Below are positions 18,848-28,608 of a DNA stretch of 64,000 nt, piece after piece (the stretch's first letter is position 1; each line of letters opens with the position of its first letter). The notes beneath the pieces were generated by a model. The model was given only the letters and a program-made list of their open reading frames with translations. It was not told the origin of the DNA and made no database searches. A program made the translations under genes and the position numbers. The DNA comes from Atribacterota bacterium (lineage in GTDB: Bacteria; Atribacterota; Phoenicimicrobiia; Phoenicimicrobiales; Stramentimicrobiaceae): positions 128,001-192,000 of the forward strand of contig JAXGNR010000006.1 of assembly GCA_040767965.1 (NCBI GenBank), in the 5' to 3' direction.

Positions 18848-20653
18848 CTACTCCCCTACAATTGCTATAGCTGTACCACCTTTGCCAATATGAACACTAA
18901 GAGCAGGGGATCCTTCCGCAATAAATATTTCTGCTTTTGGGAAAAGCAATTTTAATTCTTTTTGATACCATCTGGCTAATTCAACATCTTGAATATGGGC
19001 AATGCCAAAACTGGGGCTTTGGACACTTTTACCAAATTCACTGGATAGTTCTAATGTTTTTGCTAATAACTTTTTATGTCCAATTACCTTTGCTGCTTCC
19101 TCAAAAGCTCCTTTATTGTTAAGCGTGATAACCGGTTTTAAATGTATCATTGAACCTATAATTCCTTTGATTTTGTCCAAACGTCCGCTCTTTACCAGAT
19201 ATTTCAAGGTCGGAATACTAACAAATATCTTACTTCTCCTGATATGGAGTTGTAGTTTTGAGATGATTTGATTTGCTGTAAGTCCTTCTTCAATCATTTG
19301 AGCAGCTTTTATTACTAAAAGACCCAGGGCAACAGTACTTGTCTTGGCGTCTATAACTCGAATTTTGTCTTTATATTGGCTAGCGGTACTTGCCATACAG
19401 GCAGCCTGATATGTTCCGCTAAGTTTACCTGATATATGAATGGAAATTATTTCATCACTTTCTTGACCAACCTTTTTGTACATATTTTCAAAATACTGAA
19501 ATGGTGGTTGAGATGTGGTAACATGGCAATCAGTTGTTTCTAAATAATCAATTACTTCTTTTGTAGATATATTAAAACGATCTAAGAAATTTTTTTGATT
19601 AACATGAACTGCAATAGGAATCAGTTTGATATTGTATTTTTCTATTAAATCATCTGGTAAATCACAAGTAGTATCTGTGACCAATGTGATTCTTTTTGAG
19701 GTAGTTTTTTTGCCAGCTCTTTCTGTTTGCTCCCACATATCATCAACTTTGGTTTCTATTACCTTCCCCAGGGCACTAACCTGAGAGATTATAAAATCGG
19801 GTTGATTGGTATGAATGTGAACTCTTATTTGTTCATTTGAGCCTGCGATTACTTGTGAATCACCCAAATCATGCAATCTTTGTTTTAATAAATTCTTATC
19901 TAAATAGCTACCTTCGATTAAGCATTCTGTACAATATCGATATTTGACTTTTTTATTAGAATATTGAAAGTTTATTTTTTTTGATTTAGACAGAAATTCA
20001 TCTTTACTATTATTAAATGTCTTTAATTTACCATATTCAATAAAATCTACAATCCCTTCCAGTAAATTTACAAATCCTTCTGCCCCAGCATCTACTACGC
20101 CGGCTTGTCTTAATATTCTCAATTTACTGGGAGTTTCCAGTAAAGATGTTCTGGCTTTTTCAAGTGAATGTTTAAATAATTCAACAAAATCAGGAGTTTT
20201 ATAAGAAAAATTATTTATAAAATATGCCCAATCTTTCATTACAGTTATGATAGTGCCTTCTCGCGGATTGGCGATTGCCATTCTGGCTTGCTCCACAGCC
20301 TTTACTGCAGCTTGAGAAAAAGTAACAGTTGTTAGACGATTCATTCCACGTGTTGCTTCAGCTAATCCCTGGAAAAACTGAGCAAGGATTGCACCTGAAT
20401 TACCTCTGGCTCCTGATAATGCAGCTTTGGCAATTCGCTGTATCATTTCCTCAAATGAATTCTTGTGATAGCTCTGAACTTCTGTAACGATATTATTCAT
20501 AGTGATTGCCAAATTAGTACCAGTATCTCCATCGGCTACCGGGAATACATTTATATCATTGAGGTGATTTTCAGTTTGATTAATTCTTTGAGCTGAAGTT
20601 ATGATAAATCTTTTAAATCGTACCCCATTAATATATTTAATTTGTACTTTCAT
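18848..20653 (-). CDS. DAK2 (FakA-like)-DegV (FakB-like) fusion; putative single-chain fatty acid kinase
   Basis: LNDINVFPVADGDTGTN, GARGNSG, VVDAG, YCTE, VHIHTN followed by DegV motifs TDTTCDL, TSQP, ISGKLSGTY, SGR, HIG. Confidence 0.9.
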   Translation of the reverse strand: MKVQIKYINGVRFKRFIITSAQRINQTENHLNDINVFPVADGDTGTNLAITMNNIVTEVQSYHKNSFEEMIQRIAKAALSGARGNSGAILAQFFQGLAEATRGMNRLTTVTFSQAAVKAVEQARMAIANPREGTIITVMKDWAYFINNFSYKTPDFVELFKHSLEKARTSLLETPSKLRILRQAGVVDAGAEGFVNLLEGIVDFIEYGKLKTFNNSKDEFLSKSKKINFQYSNKKVKYRYCTECLIEGSYLDKNLLKQRLHDLGDSQVIAGSNEQIRVHIHTNQPDFIISQVSALGKVIETKVDDMWEQTERAGKKTTSKRITLVTDTTCDLPDDLIEKYNIKLIPIAVHVNQKNFLDRFNISTKEVIDYLETTDCHVTTSQPPFQYFENMYKKVGQESDEIISIHISGKLSGTYQAACMASTASQYKDKIRVIDAKTSTVALGLLVIKAAQMIEEGLTANQIISKLQLHIRRSKIFVSIPTLKYLVKSGRLDKIKGIIGSMIHLKPVITLNNKGAFEEAAKVIGHKKLLAKTLELSSEFGKSVQSPSFGIAHIQDVELARWYQKELKLLFPKAEIFIAEGSPALSVHIGKGGTAIAIVGE

Positions 20654-20884
20654 AATATATTAATCACCTATTTATAAATAAAATAGACAACTTGGACGAT
20701 TTTAAATCAATTTTATATTAATGACTAATACTATTATATATCTTAATTATATTTTTGGCTATTTTCTTTAAAAATAAAAATATAAAGTAAACTATTCATA
20801 TAGGATTCCTACTTTAATAGTAATTTATTGAAGTGTATTTTGCAACAAATAAACCTAACAAATTCGTTTTAAGAATTGGTAATA

Positions 20885-20939
20885 TAAAAAATACTGAGGG
20901 GCAACGATGGATTATAAAGCTCATCATTTCCCCTCAGTA
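20885..20939 (-). terminator. Intrinsic terminator of glnA
   Basis: TACTGAGGGG (20892-20901) / CCCCTCAGTA (20930-20939), followed by a T-run on the minus strand. Confidence 0.8.
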
Positions 20940-21007
20940 CAGGTAAGTTTATTAGAATCTATTTTATTTATACAATTATTTTTTTGTTTTAAAATACCTA
21001 AAAAATC

Positions 21008-22336
21008 TTAAAAAACAGACAGATATTGTTCTAATTCCCAGGGATGAACGCTAATGCTGTAATTTTCCCATTCCTGGTATTTTGCCCTGAGATAATTTTG
21101 GAATATATGTTCTGTTAGACTGCCTTGTAATGCTTTATCTTTTTTTAACTCTTCTAATGATTCTTTAAGATTGCTGGGTAAATTTTCTATACCATATTTT
21201 TTTAGTTGTTTTTCATCCATTGCATAAATGTTTTCACTAACCGGGTCAGGTGGCATAATTTTTCTTTCAATGCCATCCATGCCGGCTGTAAGTATTGCAG
21301 CAAAAGATAAATAAGGATTACAAGAAGGATCAGGAGATCTCAGCTCAATTCGTGTACCATCTTTTCTGGCAATTGGTATACGAATCAACGGGCTGCGATT
21401 CCTGTGGGACCAGGCTATATATACAGGTGCTTCATATCCTGAGGTTAAACGTTTATAAGAATTTACCAGAGGATTAGTTATTGCTGTTAGTCCTTTTGCA
21501 TGTTTCATTAATCCCCCGATAAAGTAAAGAGCTTCCTGACTTAACTGGTTTTTGCTATCCGGATCATAAAAGGCATTTGTACCGTTTCTAAATAAAGAAA
21601 TGTTGGTATGCATCCCATTTCCGGCAATACCAAAAACCGGTTTCGGCATAAAAGTAACATGCAGATTATGCCACATTGCAATCGTCTTGCTGGTTAATTT
21701 TAACACCATGATCCGGTCGGCAGTAGTAATGCCATCTGAATATTTGAAATCTATTTCATGTTGCCCAGGACCAACTTCATGATGAGAGGCTTCTATTTCA
21801 AATCCTTGTTTTTCCAAAGTAATTACCATATCTCTTCTAATTTCTTCACCCAAATCTACCGGAGAAAGATCAAAATAACTGGCTTGATCATTAGTACTGG
21901 TGGTAGCTTTGCCTTGTTCGTCTCTGCCAAAAATATAAAATTCCATTTCAGGTCCAAAGTTGGCTGTAAAGCCTTTTTCTTTCAAATTAGCAAGAACTCT
22001 TTTTAGATTGGTTCTGGCACAACCAGCAAAAGGGGTTTTATCAGGATTGGTAATATCACAAATAATTCTTGCTACATCTCTTTCTTCCTCCCAGGGATTT
22101 ACCATAAAAGTGTCATAATCAGGCTTTAAATACATATCAGACTCCTCTATTCGGCAAAATCCTTGCACAGATGAACCATCAAACATAATCTCCCCATCTA
22201 AAGCCTTATTTAAATCCCTAACTGGTACTTCTATATTTTTAGGAATACCCATAATATCAGTAAACTTTAATCTGATAAATCTAATTTTTAACTCATCTGC
22301 TTTTTTTAATATCATTTCTTTGGTTTTTTTTGACAT
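21008..22336 (-). CDS. glnA: Glutamine synthetase type I (GSI-alpha)
   Basis: FDGSS, GPEMEF, HHEVGPGQHE, FMPKP, GNGMH, NSYKRL..GYEAP, ELRSPD; 442 aa. Confidence 0.97.
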   Translation of the reverse strand: MSKKTKEMILKKADELKIRFIRLKFTDIMGIPKNIEVPVRDLNKALDGEIMFDGSSVQGFCRIEESDMYLKPDYDTFMVNPWEEERDVARIICDITNPDKTPFAGCARTNLKRVLANLKEKGFTANFGPEMEFYIFGRDEQGKATTSTNDQASYFDLSPVDLGEEIRRDMVITLEKQGFEIEASHHEVGPGQHEIDFKYSDGITTADRIMVLKLTSKTIAMWHNLHVTFMPKPVFGIAGNGMHTNISLFRNGTNAFYDPDSKNQLSQEALYFIGGLMKHAKGLTAITNPLVNSYKRLTSGYEAPVYIAWSHRNRSPLIRIPIARKDGTRIELRSPDPSCNPYLSFAAILTAGMDGIERKIMPPDPVSENIYAMDEKQLKKYGIENLPSNLKESLEELKKDKALQGSLTEHIFQNYLRAKYQEWENYSISVHPWELEQYLSVF

Positions 22337-22456
22337 AAACAGTCTCCTTAAAATTATAAACTGAAAAGTAAATTACTTTAAAATATTTATTATATTTGTA
22401 CAAGTATAATAATTAGAAAATTGTAAACCAAAAAATAATATTTTTAATCTTTAATT

Positions 22457-22990
22457 TCATTCTAATAATTTATATTTCTCTATTATTTTTTTTCGCATTT
22501 TGGCAACCATGGTATGAGAAATCCCCATTTTTTTACCTATTTCCCTGATAGTTAGTCCTTTTATTCTTAAATCCAGCAAGATTTTTTCTCTTAAGGATAA
22601 TCTTTTATTAAATTCCTCCTGATACAAATGCTCATCAAAGTTTTGATAAAAAACATCCTGGTTTTCTTCTTTATTTTTATTATTTTTATCTGGTGTACCA
22701 TAAAAAGAATTAGTAGAATCAAGGCTGTTTATCTGTTTATAATTGTCTTTTATGTTGGTTCTAATATGGTTTTTTAGGTGATAATAACATCCCTGTAATA
22801 TGTAGCTGTTATTTTTATTTTTAAGTTTCCCTATCTCATTTTGCTGCCACAAATACAGTAATGCTTCTTGATAAAGATCATCAATATCAATATATTGGTA
22901 TTTAATATTTATTTTTCGGATTATAGCCTTTAATTGATGTCTTATCCTATTAATTATTTTATCTAATTCTCTTTTGTTAGATAATGCCAT
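22457..22990 (-). CDS. Small sigma70-family alternative sigma factor (regions 2 and 4 only; SigH/ECF-like)
   Basis: DDLYQEALLYLW (region 2.2), SYILQGCYYHLKNHIR, C-terminal HTH LSLRE...GLTIREIGKKMGISHTMV; RBS GAAGGA. Confidence 0.85.
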   Translation of the reverse strand: MALSNKRELDKIINRIRHQLKAIIRKINIKYQYIDIDDLYQEALLYLWQQNEIGKLKNKNNSYILQGCYYHLKNHIRTNIKDNYKQINSLDSTNSFYGTPDKNNKNKEENQDVFYQNFDEHLYQEEFNKRLSLREKILLDLRIKGLTIREIGKKMGISHTMVAKMRKKIIEKYKLLE

Positions 22991-23061
22991 TTTTAAATTC
23001 CTTCATCTATATAATAGATATCATATTGCCATATTATTGATGTCGAACATCTGATAAAGCA

Positions 23062-23114
23062 ATTGCTATTGAATAGCATGGCAATTATAATCACCATCGT
23101 TATTCAATAGCAAT
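23062..23114. repeat. 14-bp perfect inverted repeat with an inner ATGG/CCAT stem, upstream of the sigma gene
   Basis: ATTGCTATTGAATA (23062-23075) / TATTCAATAGCAAT (23101-23114). Confidence 0.8.
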
Positions 23115-23230
23115 GGATAAGATAACATTTTCAAAATAATTCAGAAAATCAATTCAGAAAATAAAATATTTTCCAGTTTTTATTTTTAATCAACTTTCAA
23201 TCAATTTAATACTAAAATACAATATTATTA

Positions 23231-24220
23231 TTATTTTTTAAAAGCATCAAGCACTTTCAAATAGTTTGCTCTTTCAAAAACAGCCGGTTCTGCTACTGCT
23301 TTTTGGCTCATAACTCCCTGGATCTGTTGAAGGGAGTTAAAATTATGCTTATCTAACCATTTTTCTATATTCTCAAGCATAGTATCCAGATAATCTATTC
23401 CTTTTTCAAGCAGAGAAGAGGTCAGCATAGCAGCATTAGCTCCTACCATAATACTTTTAATAACATCTTCAGCGGTGTGCACTCCGCCTGTAATAGCAAA
23501 GTCAGTATTAATTTTTTTAAATAAAATAGCAATCCATCTGATACGTAATAATAATTCATCTGAACTGCTTAATTTTAATACTGGTTCTACACTCATTATT
23601 TCTAAATCAATATCTGGCTGATAAAAGCGGTTAAATAAAACTAATGCACTGGCTCCAGCCTCAACCAAAGACTTGCCCATATTAGGAATTGAACTAAGAT
23701 AAGGGTGAATTTTTACAGCTACTGGTATCCCTACACTGCTGGTTACTTCATCAACCAGCTTTAAATAATTCTCTTCCACCTGTCTACCATCCATTTCTGG
23801 ATTGGTTGGTAGAAAATAAATATTCAACTCAATTGCATCCGCTCCCGCTTCTTCCATTGAGATTGCATTATTAATCCATCCTCCAACTGACACTCCGTTC
23901 AAGCTTCCTATGACTGGAACCTTTATTTTTTTCTTTAAATCAGATATATATTTCATATATTTCTCTGGTGTTAATTTGTTTTTAAGGGCTTCCTGATAGT
24001 AGTCCAAATACTTCTGATATCCCTTTTTCTCGTATAATAGGAAATGACTTTTTTCTTCTACTTCTACCTGTTCCTCAAACAAGGAAGGCAAAACAATTGC
24101 AGCCATTCCTTTTTTTTCCAACTCTACCACAGTTTCAATTTTTTCTCCCAATGGCGAAGAAGCAATAACTATGGGGTTTTTTAGTTGTAATCCTAAATAA
24201 TCCATAGATAAATCAATCAT
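23231..24220 (-). CDS. Dihydroorotate dehydrogenase-like FMN protein
   Basis: YLGLQLKNP, SLFEEQ, ELNIY, VAVK, LFNRFYQPD, TGGVH; lacks the NxSCP catalytic loop. Confidence 0.85.
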   Translation of the reverse strand: MIDLSMDYLGLQLKNPIVIASSPLGEKIETVVELEKKGMAAIVLPSLFEEQVEVEEKSHFLLYEKKGYQKYLDYYQEALKNKLTPEKYMKYISDLKKKIKVPVIGSLNGVSVGGWINNAISMEEAGADAIELNIYFLPTNPEMDGRQVEENYLKLVDEVTSSVGIPVAVKIHPYLSSIPNMGKSLVEAGASALVLFNRFYQPDIDLEIMSVEPVLKLSSSDELLLRIRWIAILFKKINTDFAITGGVHTAEDVIKSIMVGANAAMLTSSLLEKGIDYLDTMLENIEKWLDKHNFNSLQQIQGVMSQKAVAEPAVFERANYLKVLDAFKK

Positions 24221-24299
24221 TTGTTTACCTCCTGAAAATATAATTTAATGGCAATTCATGAAAATTAATTACATATTACGATAGAAATTTTTTATAAAA

Positions 24300-25814
24300 C
24301 TATCTTATTAGGTCTTCTGATCGCTCAATGGGAATACGATAGGTATCAATGATTTTTTGTTGGCTTTTTATTACTTCTTCCCTATTGAGAATTATTTTTT
24401 TATTCCATTTATCTTCAAAAATAATATAAGGATCATCACAATCTTCGATTTTTTCCACCAAATCAGCTATATTCCATATTTTTTGTCCATTAACTTTATC
24501 TATTACCCAGTTGTTTATATTCTGATAACCTTGGTTTACTTCTGCCGCTAAAACCTTTAATAGTAACACTATCTGCTGATCTTCTTTTTCTGGTATATTA
24601 TTCAAAAGATAATATATCAGCTCTCTTGGGGCATTTTGTGCCCATTGAGAACCCCAAATATTCAATAAGTTTTTTGTTAGCGGACAAAAAACTAATCCTC
24701 CATAAATATAATATGCTGGAAATTCCTCATATTGTTCCATGGGAATTAACCGGTCTTTTGTTAAAGATCGGAAAAGATTTAAACTCATTTCCATTTCCAG
24801 GCCATCTCTTAATATTTTTAGATTGATATCTTCTCCAATTTGTTTTTGTTGTATCACATAATTGAGGTTAGTTCTTTCATTAGTACGAAATTCAACAGTT
24901 CCGTCATTGCCAATTTTATAATTTTCCAGAGCCATTAATACGTCACCATTTTGTAAATTTCCATCTGCTGGAGAACCTGGAACAATCTGATTAATCAATA
25001 CTCCACTCATATCCTCATTCATCCGGTAAAATTGGCGTAAATCCTCATTTTCCATATCTTGAACACCTATGCCCAAACTAGGATAACCATCATATCTACC
25101 ATCTTCCAGATCCTGAAAAAAATGCTTTATAACAGGCACTGGTACCATATAGCCAATATTTTGAGCAGAAGGGATCCCTGCCATAACAACACCTACAATT
25201 TTATTATCTACTATTACCGGGCCTCCACTATTACCTGGATTAATAGCTGCATCAATCTGCCCGGCTAAAAAAACAGTTGAACTGTGAACATAAGGCTGAT
25301 GTTCGATTCTTGAAATAACGCCTTTGGTAATACTTAACATATCACCTCCCATGGGAAAACCATAAACTAAAACTTCCTGCTGGGTTTCCGGTAATTCTCC
25401 TAAGGAAAGCTCAGGTTCATTGAGAAAAAAGTCAGGATCATCAACAGTTAATAAAGCTAAATCTGTTAAATGGGATACTGCAACAACTTGAGCATTATAT
25501 CTTTTGGTATCCCCATATTTTCTTACTTGTAAGAAAGTCTGATTACTGACAACATGGGCATTTGTTAGTATTAAATTGTTTTCAATAATACATCCTGATC
25601 CTGAGCTTGATCTTGGACCCTGCATACTCCAGGGATTATAATAATCTGGAGAATTGCTCACAGTGTATACTTTTACTATTGCTTCTCTTATATCTTCTCC
25701 TTCTGCAAGACTTAACAAAGAATTTGATAATAATACAAGCAGCATTACCATCATGATGAACATAAATTTAATTTTTGAAATTCTTAAAGGTAAAAAAAAT
25801 TCTTTCTTTATCAT
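24300..25814 (-). CDS. Secreted Deg/HtrA-family serine protease with PDZ domains
   Basis: TNAHVV, DLALL, DAAINPGNSGGP triad, PDZ (PGSPA); start placed at ATG 25814 behind GGAGG. Confidence 0.9.
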   Translation of the reverse strand: MIKKEFFLPLRISKIKFMFIMMVMLLVLLSNSLLSLAEGEDIREAIVKVYTVSNSPDYYNPWSMQGPRSSSGSGCIIENNLILTNAHVVSNQTFLQVRKYGDTKRYNAQVVAVSHLTDLALLTVDDPDFFLNEPELSLGELPETQQEVLVYGFPMGGDMLSITKGVISRIEHQPYVHSSTVFLAGQIDAAINPGNSGGPVIVDNKIVGVVMAGIPSAQNIGYMVPVPVIKHFFQDLEDGRYDGYPSLGIGVQDMENEDLRQFYRMNEDMSGVLINQIVPGSPADGNLQNGDVLMALENYKIGNDGTVEFRTNERTNLNYVIQQKQIGEDINLKILRDGLEMEMSLNLFRSLTKDRLIPMEQYEEFPAYYIYGGLVFCPLTKNLLNIWGSQWAQNAPRELIYYLLNNIPEKEDQQIVLLLKVLAAEVNQGYQNINNWVIDKVNGQKIWNIADLVEKIEDCDDPYIIFEDKWNKKIILNREEVIKSQQKIIDTYRIPIERSEDLIR

Positions 25815-26059
25815 TGATATCCTCCAATTGTTTATTAAAAAGACCACACTTACTATATCTGCTAAAAGATCATTTACAAAGAGTTTATTCAATTTTATTA
25901 ATTTTTTTCTTTCTGAGCAAGAAAATAGATAAAATACCGCCATTTTTTATTTAAAATATTTAAATCAGGTGTTATAATCAAAAAGTTAATTAATATATTA
26001 TCTAACTATCTAAAATATTTATAATAATTTTACCATAAATAGCTTGAGGATGTCTTTAA

Positions 26060-27679
26060 ATGAGCCTATCTTTAATATTCAGTATGATCGGTGGATTAGG
26101 ATTATTTCTATTCGGCATGCGTCATCTTAGTGGAAATCTGCAAAAAATTGCCGGCAATAAAATTCATCAAATCCTGGAAACCCTTTCAAAAAATCCACTG
26201 AAAGGGATTACCACTGGAATGATAATTACTGCTATTTTGCAAAGCAGTGGTGCAGTTAGTGTTATTACAATCGGTTTTGTTAATGCTGGTTTATTAACAT
26301 TAAAACAGGCTATAAGTATAGTCTATGGCGCTAATATCGGCACAACTATCACAGCTCAAATAATCTCCTTTGATATCAGCAAATTTGTTTTACCCATAAT
26401 CGGAATAGGATTTTTTACTACTGTTATTGCTAAAAAAAAGTTTTATCAATATTTTGGAGGCATCTTGATAGGTTTTGGCATATTGTTTTTAGGGCTTTCT
26501 TTAATGTCGCAGACTTTAAGCCCATTAAGGAATTACCCTCCTTTTGTCAATCTATTATTAAACGTAGCGGCAAAACCTGTTCTTGGCATTATTTTATCAG
26601 CAGCAATTACTGCTTTTTTGCATAGTAGCAGTACAGTTACAGCTCTTATAATTTCTCTTTCTATTCAAGGCTTAATTGGCCTTGATGCAGCAATGCCTCT
26701 GATTTTAGGTACAAATATTGGCTCTTGCTTTACCGGCCTTCTGGCAAGCTTTAACAGTACAATAACCGGTAAGAGAGTAGCTATTGGGCATTTAATGTTT
26801 AATGTTACTGGTGTAATTATTTTTTATTTTCTTTTAAAACCTTTCACCAGCCTAATTCTTTTGACTTCAGACACGATTCCCAGACAGATTGCCAATGCAC
26901 ACACTCTTTTTAACATAATCAATTCTATTATCTTGCTTCCATTTATCCCTTATGTTATAAAAACCCTCACCCGTATATTGCCTGGTGAAGATAAAATAAT
27001 TAAAAAAGGAACTTTATACCTGGATAAAAATTTAATCAATACCCCTTCGCTTGCAATAGGGCAAGTTACAAAAGAACTTATTCGCATGGGAGAAATAGGT
27101 ATTGATATGCTGGATAACAGTTTGTCAGCACTTTTGCAAAACAACGAGAGGCTTGTGCAGGATGTCTACTTGAAAGAAGAAGTTTTAAACACTGTTAATA
27201 GTGAAATAACAAAATATCTGGTTTTGGTATTTCAAAAAGAATTAAGCCCTAAACAATCGAAAGAACTTACAGATCTTATGAATATATCTGCCCATTTTGA
27301 AAGAGTGGGTGATCATATCGAAAACATCGCTGACTTAGCTGAAATAAAAATCAATGATAAGCTACCTTTCAGCCAAAAGGCCGAAAGAGATCTTGAATAT
27401 ATTTTTTCTAAAGTCAAAAAATCCCTGCAATATGTTATCAGATCATTAAAAGAACATAATAAAGAACTGGCAATACTGGTCACAAAGAGAGAAGATGATA
27501 TTGATAAATTGGAAGAAGGATTACGCGATGAACACATTGACCGACTTACCAAACAGATTTGCAATCCTGAAGCTGGTGTAATATATATTGATATACTGAG
27601 TAATCTTGAGAGAATTGCGGACCATGCATATGATATAAGCTTAATGGTTATAGATGAATTGACAAAGCGTTCTGAATAG
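26060..27679 (+). CDS. Na+/phosphate cotransporter with C-terminal PhoU-like domains
   Basis: QSSGA and HSSST repeats, GANIGTT, ANAHTLFN, ERVGDH and ERIADH. Confidence 0.93.
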   Translation: MSLSLIFSMIGGLGLFLFGMRHLSGNLQKIAGNKIHQILETLSKNPLKGITTGMIITAILQSSGAVSVITIGFVNAGLLTLKQAISIVYGANIGTTITAQIISFDISKFVLPIIGIGFFTTVIAKKKFYQYFGGILIGFGILFLGLSLMSQTLSPLRNYPPFVNLLLNVAAKPVLGIILSAAITAFLHSSSTVTALIISLSIQGLIGLDAAMPLILGTNIGSCFTGLLASFNSTITGKRVAIGHLMFNVTGVIIFYFLLKPFTSLILLTSDTIPRQIANAHTLFNIINSIILLPFIPYVIKTLTRILPGEDKIIKKGTLYLDKNLINTPSLAIGQVTKELIRMGEIGIDMLDNSLSALLQNNERLVQDVYLKEEVLNTVNSEITKYLVLVFQKELSPKQSKELTDLMNISAHFERVGDHIENIADLAEIKINDKLPFSQKAERDLEYIFSKVKKSLQYVIRSLKEHNKELAILVTKREDDIDKLEEGLRDEHIDRLTKQICNPEAGVIYIDILSNLERIADHAYDISLMVIDELTKRSE

Positions 27680-27714
27680 ATGCAGTAAATTAATTTTATT
27701 TTTACTTTCATTTA

Positions 27715-28608
27715 TCACTTGCTAATATCTGTACTTTCCCAATACATTTTATTTTCTATAAATTTAAAATCAAGCAACTGGTTCTCATTTAAATAACTTA
27801 TATGGGCAGATATACTGGTATTGATCAAAACATATTGTATGGCTGATAACTGTAAACGAAAATCTTCAACCAAGTTTGCAATTATATCTTCCCTGGTTGC
27901 AGGTTTACTGCAATATTTTAATATTTTTTGATTGATTTCTTTTATTTGCCCTCTATTTACATCGATTAGATTATTCAAATTGTCTGTTGGCTCAGCATGT
28001 GAAGGAATAAATAATTGCGCTTTTTCTTTTTCCAAAAAAGTATAGGTTTTTAAACTTTTTTCAATATTAGTTCTAAAAGTTATCTTGTATTTACCAATAA
28101 TTTCCTCTGAAAAAAGACTGTCAGCAATAAAAAATATATTGTCTGGTGTTTTTAGACCAATCATCTGTAAGAAATGCCCTTCTAAGGGAAAGCTCTTTAA
28201 AGGTGTACCTATAATTAATCCTTCTGGTTTAATAATTTTAGTAACATGAGATGGCTCGGCTTGTAAGAATTTGTTTTTTAAAGCTGGAAAAGGATATGCC
28301 CCCCATAACAGCAAAGGTTCTAAATAAGTAAACTGTATCCAATTAGCTTCTACAGAAGTAGCAAATATATCACACCCGGTCTTTTTTTGTAGATAAGCAT
28401 TTCCTCCTATATGATCAGCATTGGAATGGGTGTTTATTATCTTAGATAATTTCCAGCTTTTCCCTTCAATTATTTTTAATATCTTTCTACCGGCAGAGCT
28501 ATCGCTGCCACTGTCAATTAAAATAGCTTCATCTTTATCCACATATATTCCTATGTTGGTATGTCCAGACAGATAATAGCTGTTTTTGGCAATCTGTTTT
28601 ATCTCCAT
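27715..28608 (-). CDS. MBL-fold metallo-hydrolase
   Basis: LIDSG, THSNADHIGG, GH, PSH. Confidence 0.88.
   Translation of the reverse strand: MEIKQIAKNSYYLSGHTNIGIYVDKDEAILIDSGSDSSAGRKILKIIEGKSWKLSKIINTHSNADHIGGNAYLQKKTGCDIFATSVEANWIQFTYLEPLLLWGAYPFPALKNKFLQAEPSHVTKIIKPEGLIIGTPLKSFPLEGHFLQMIGLKTPDNIFFIADSLFSEEIIGKYKITFRTNIEKSLKTYTFLEKEKAQLFIPSHAEPTDNLNNLIDVNRGQIKEINQKILKYCSKPATREDIIANLVEDFRLQLSAIQYVLINTSISAHISYLNENQLLDFKFIENKMYWESTDISK

Noticed and set aside
25815-25943. N-terminal extension of the Deg protease in the ORF track
   Set aside because: A GGAGG RBS precedes ATG 25814; the extension looks like non-coding AT-rich sequence.
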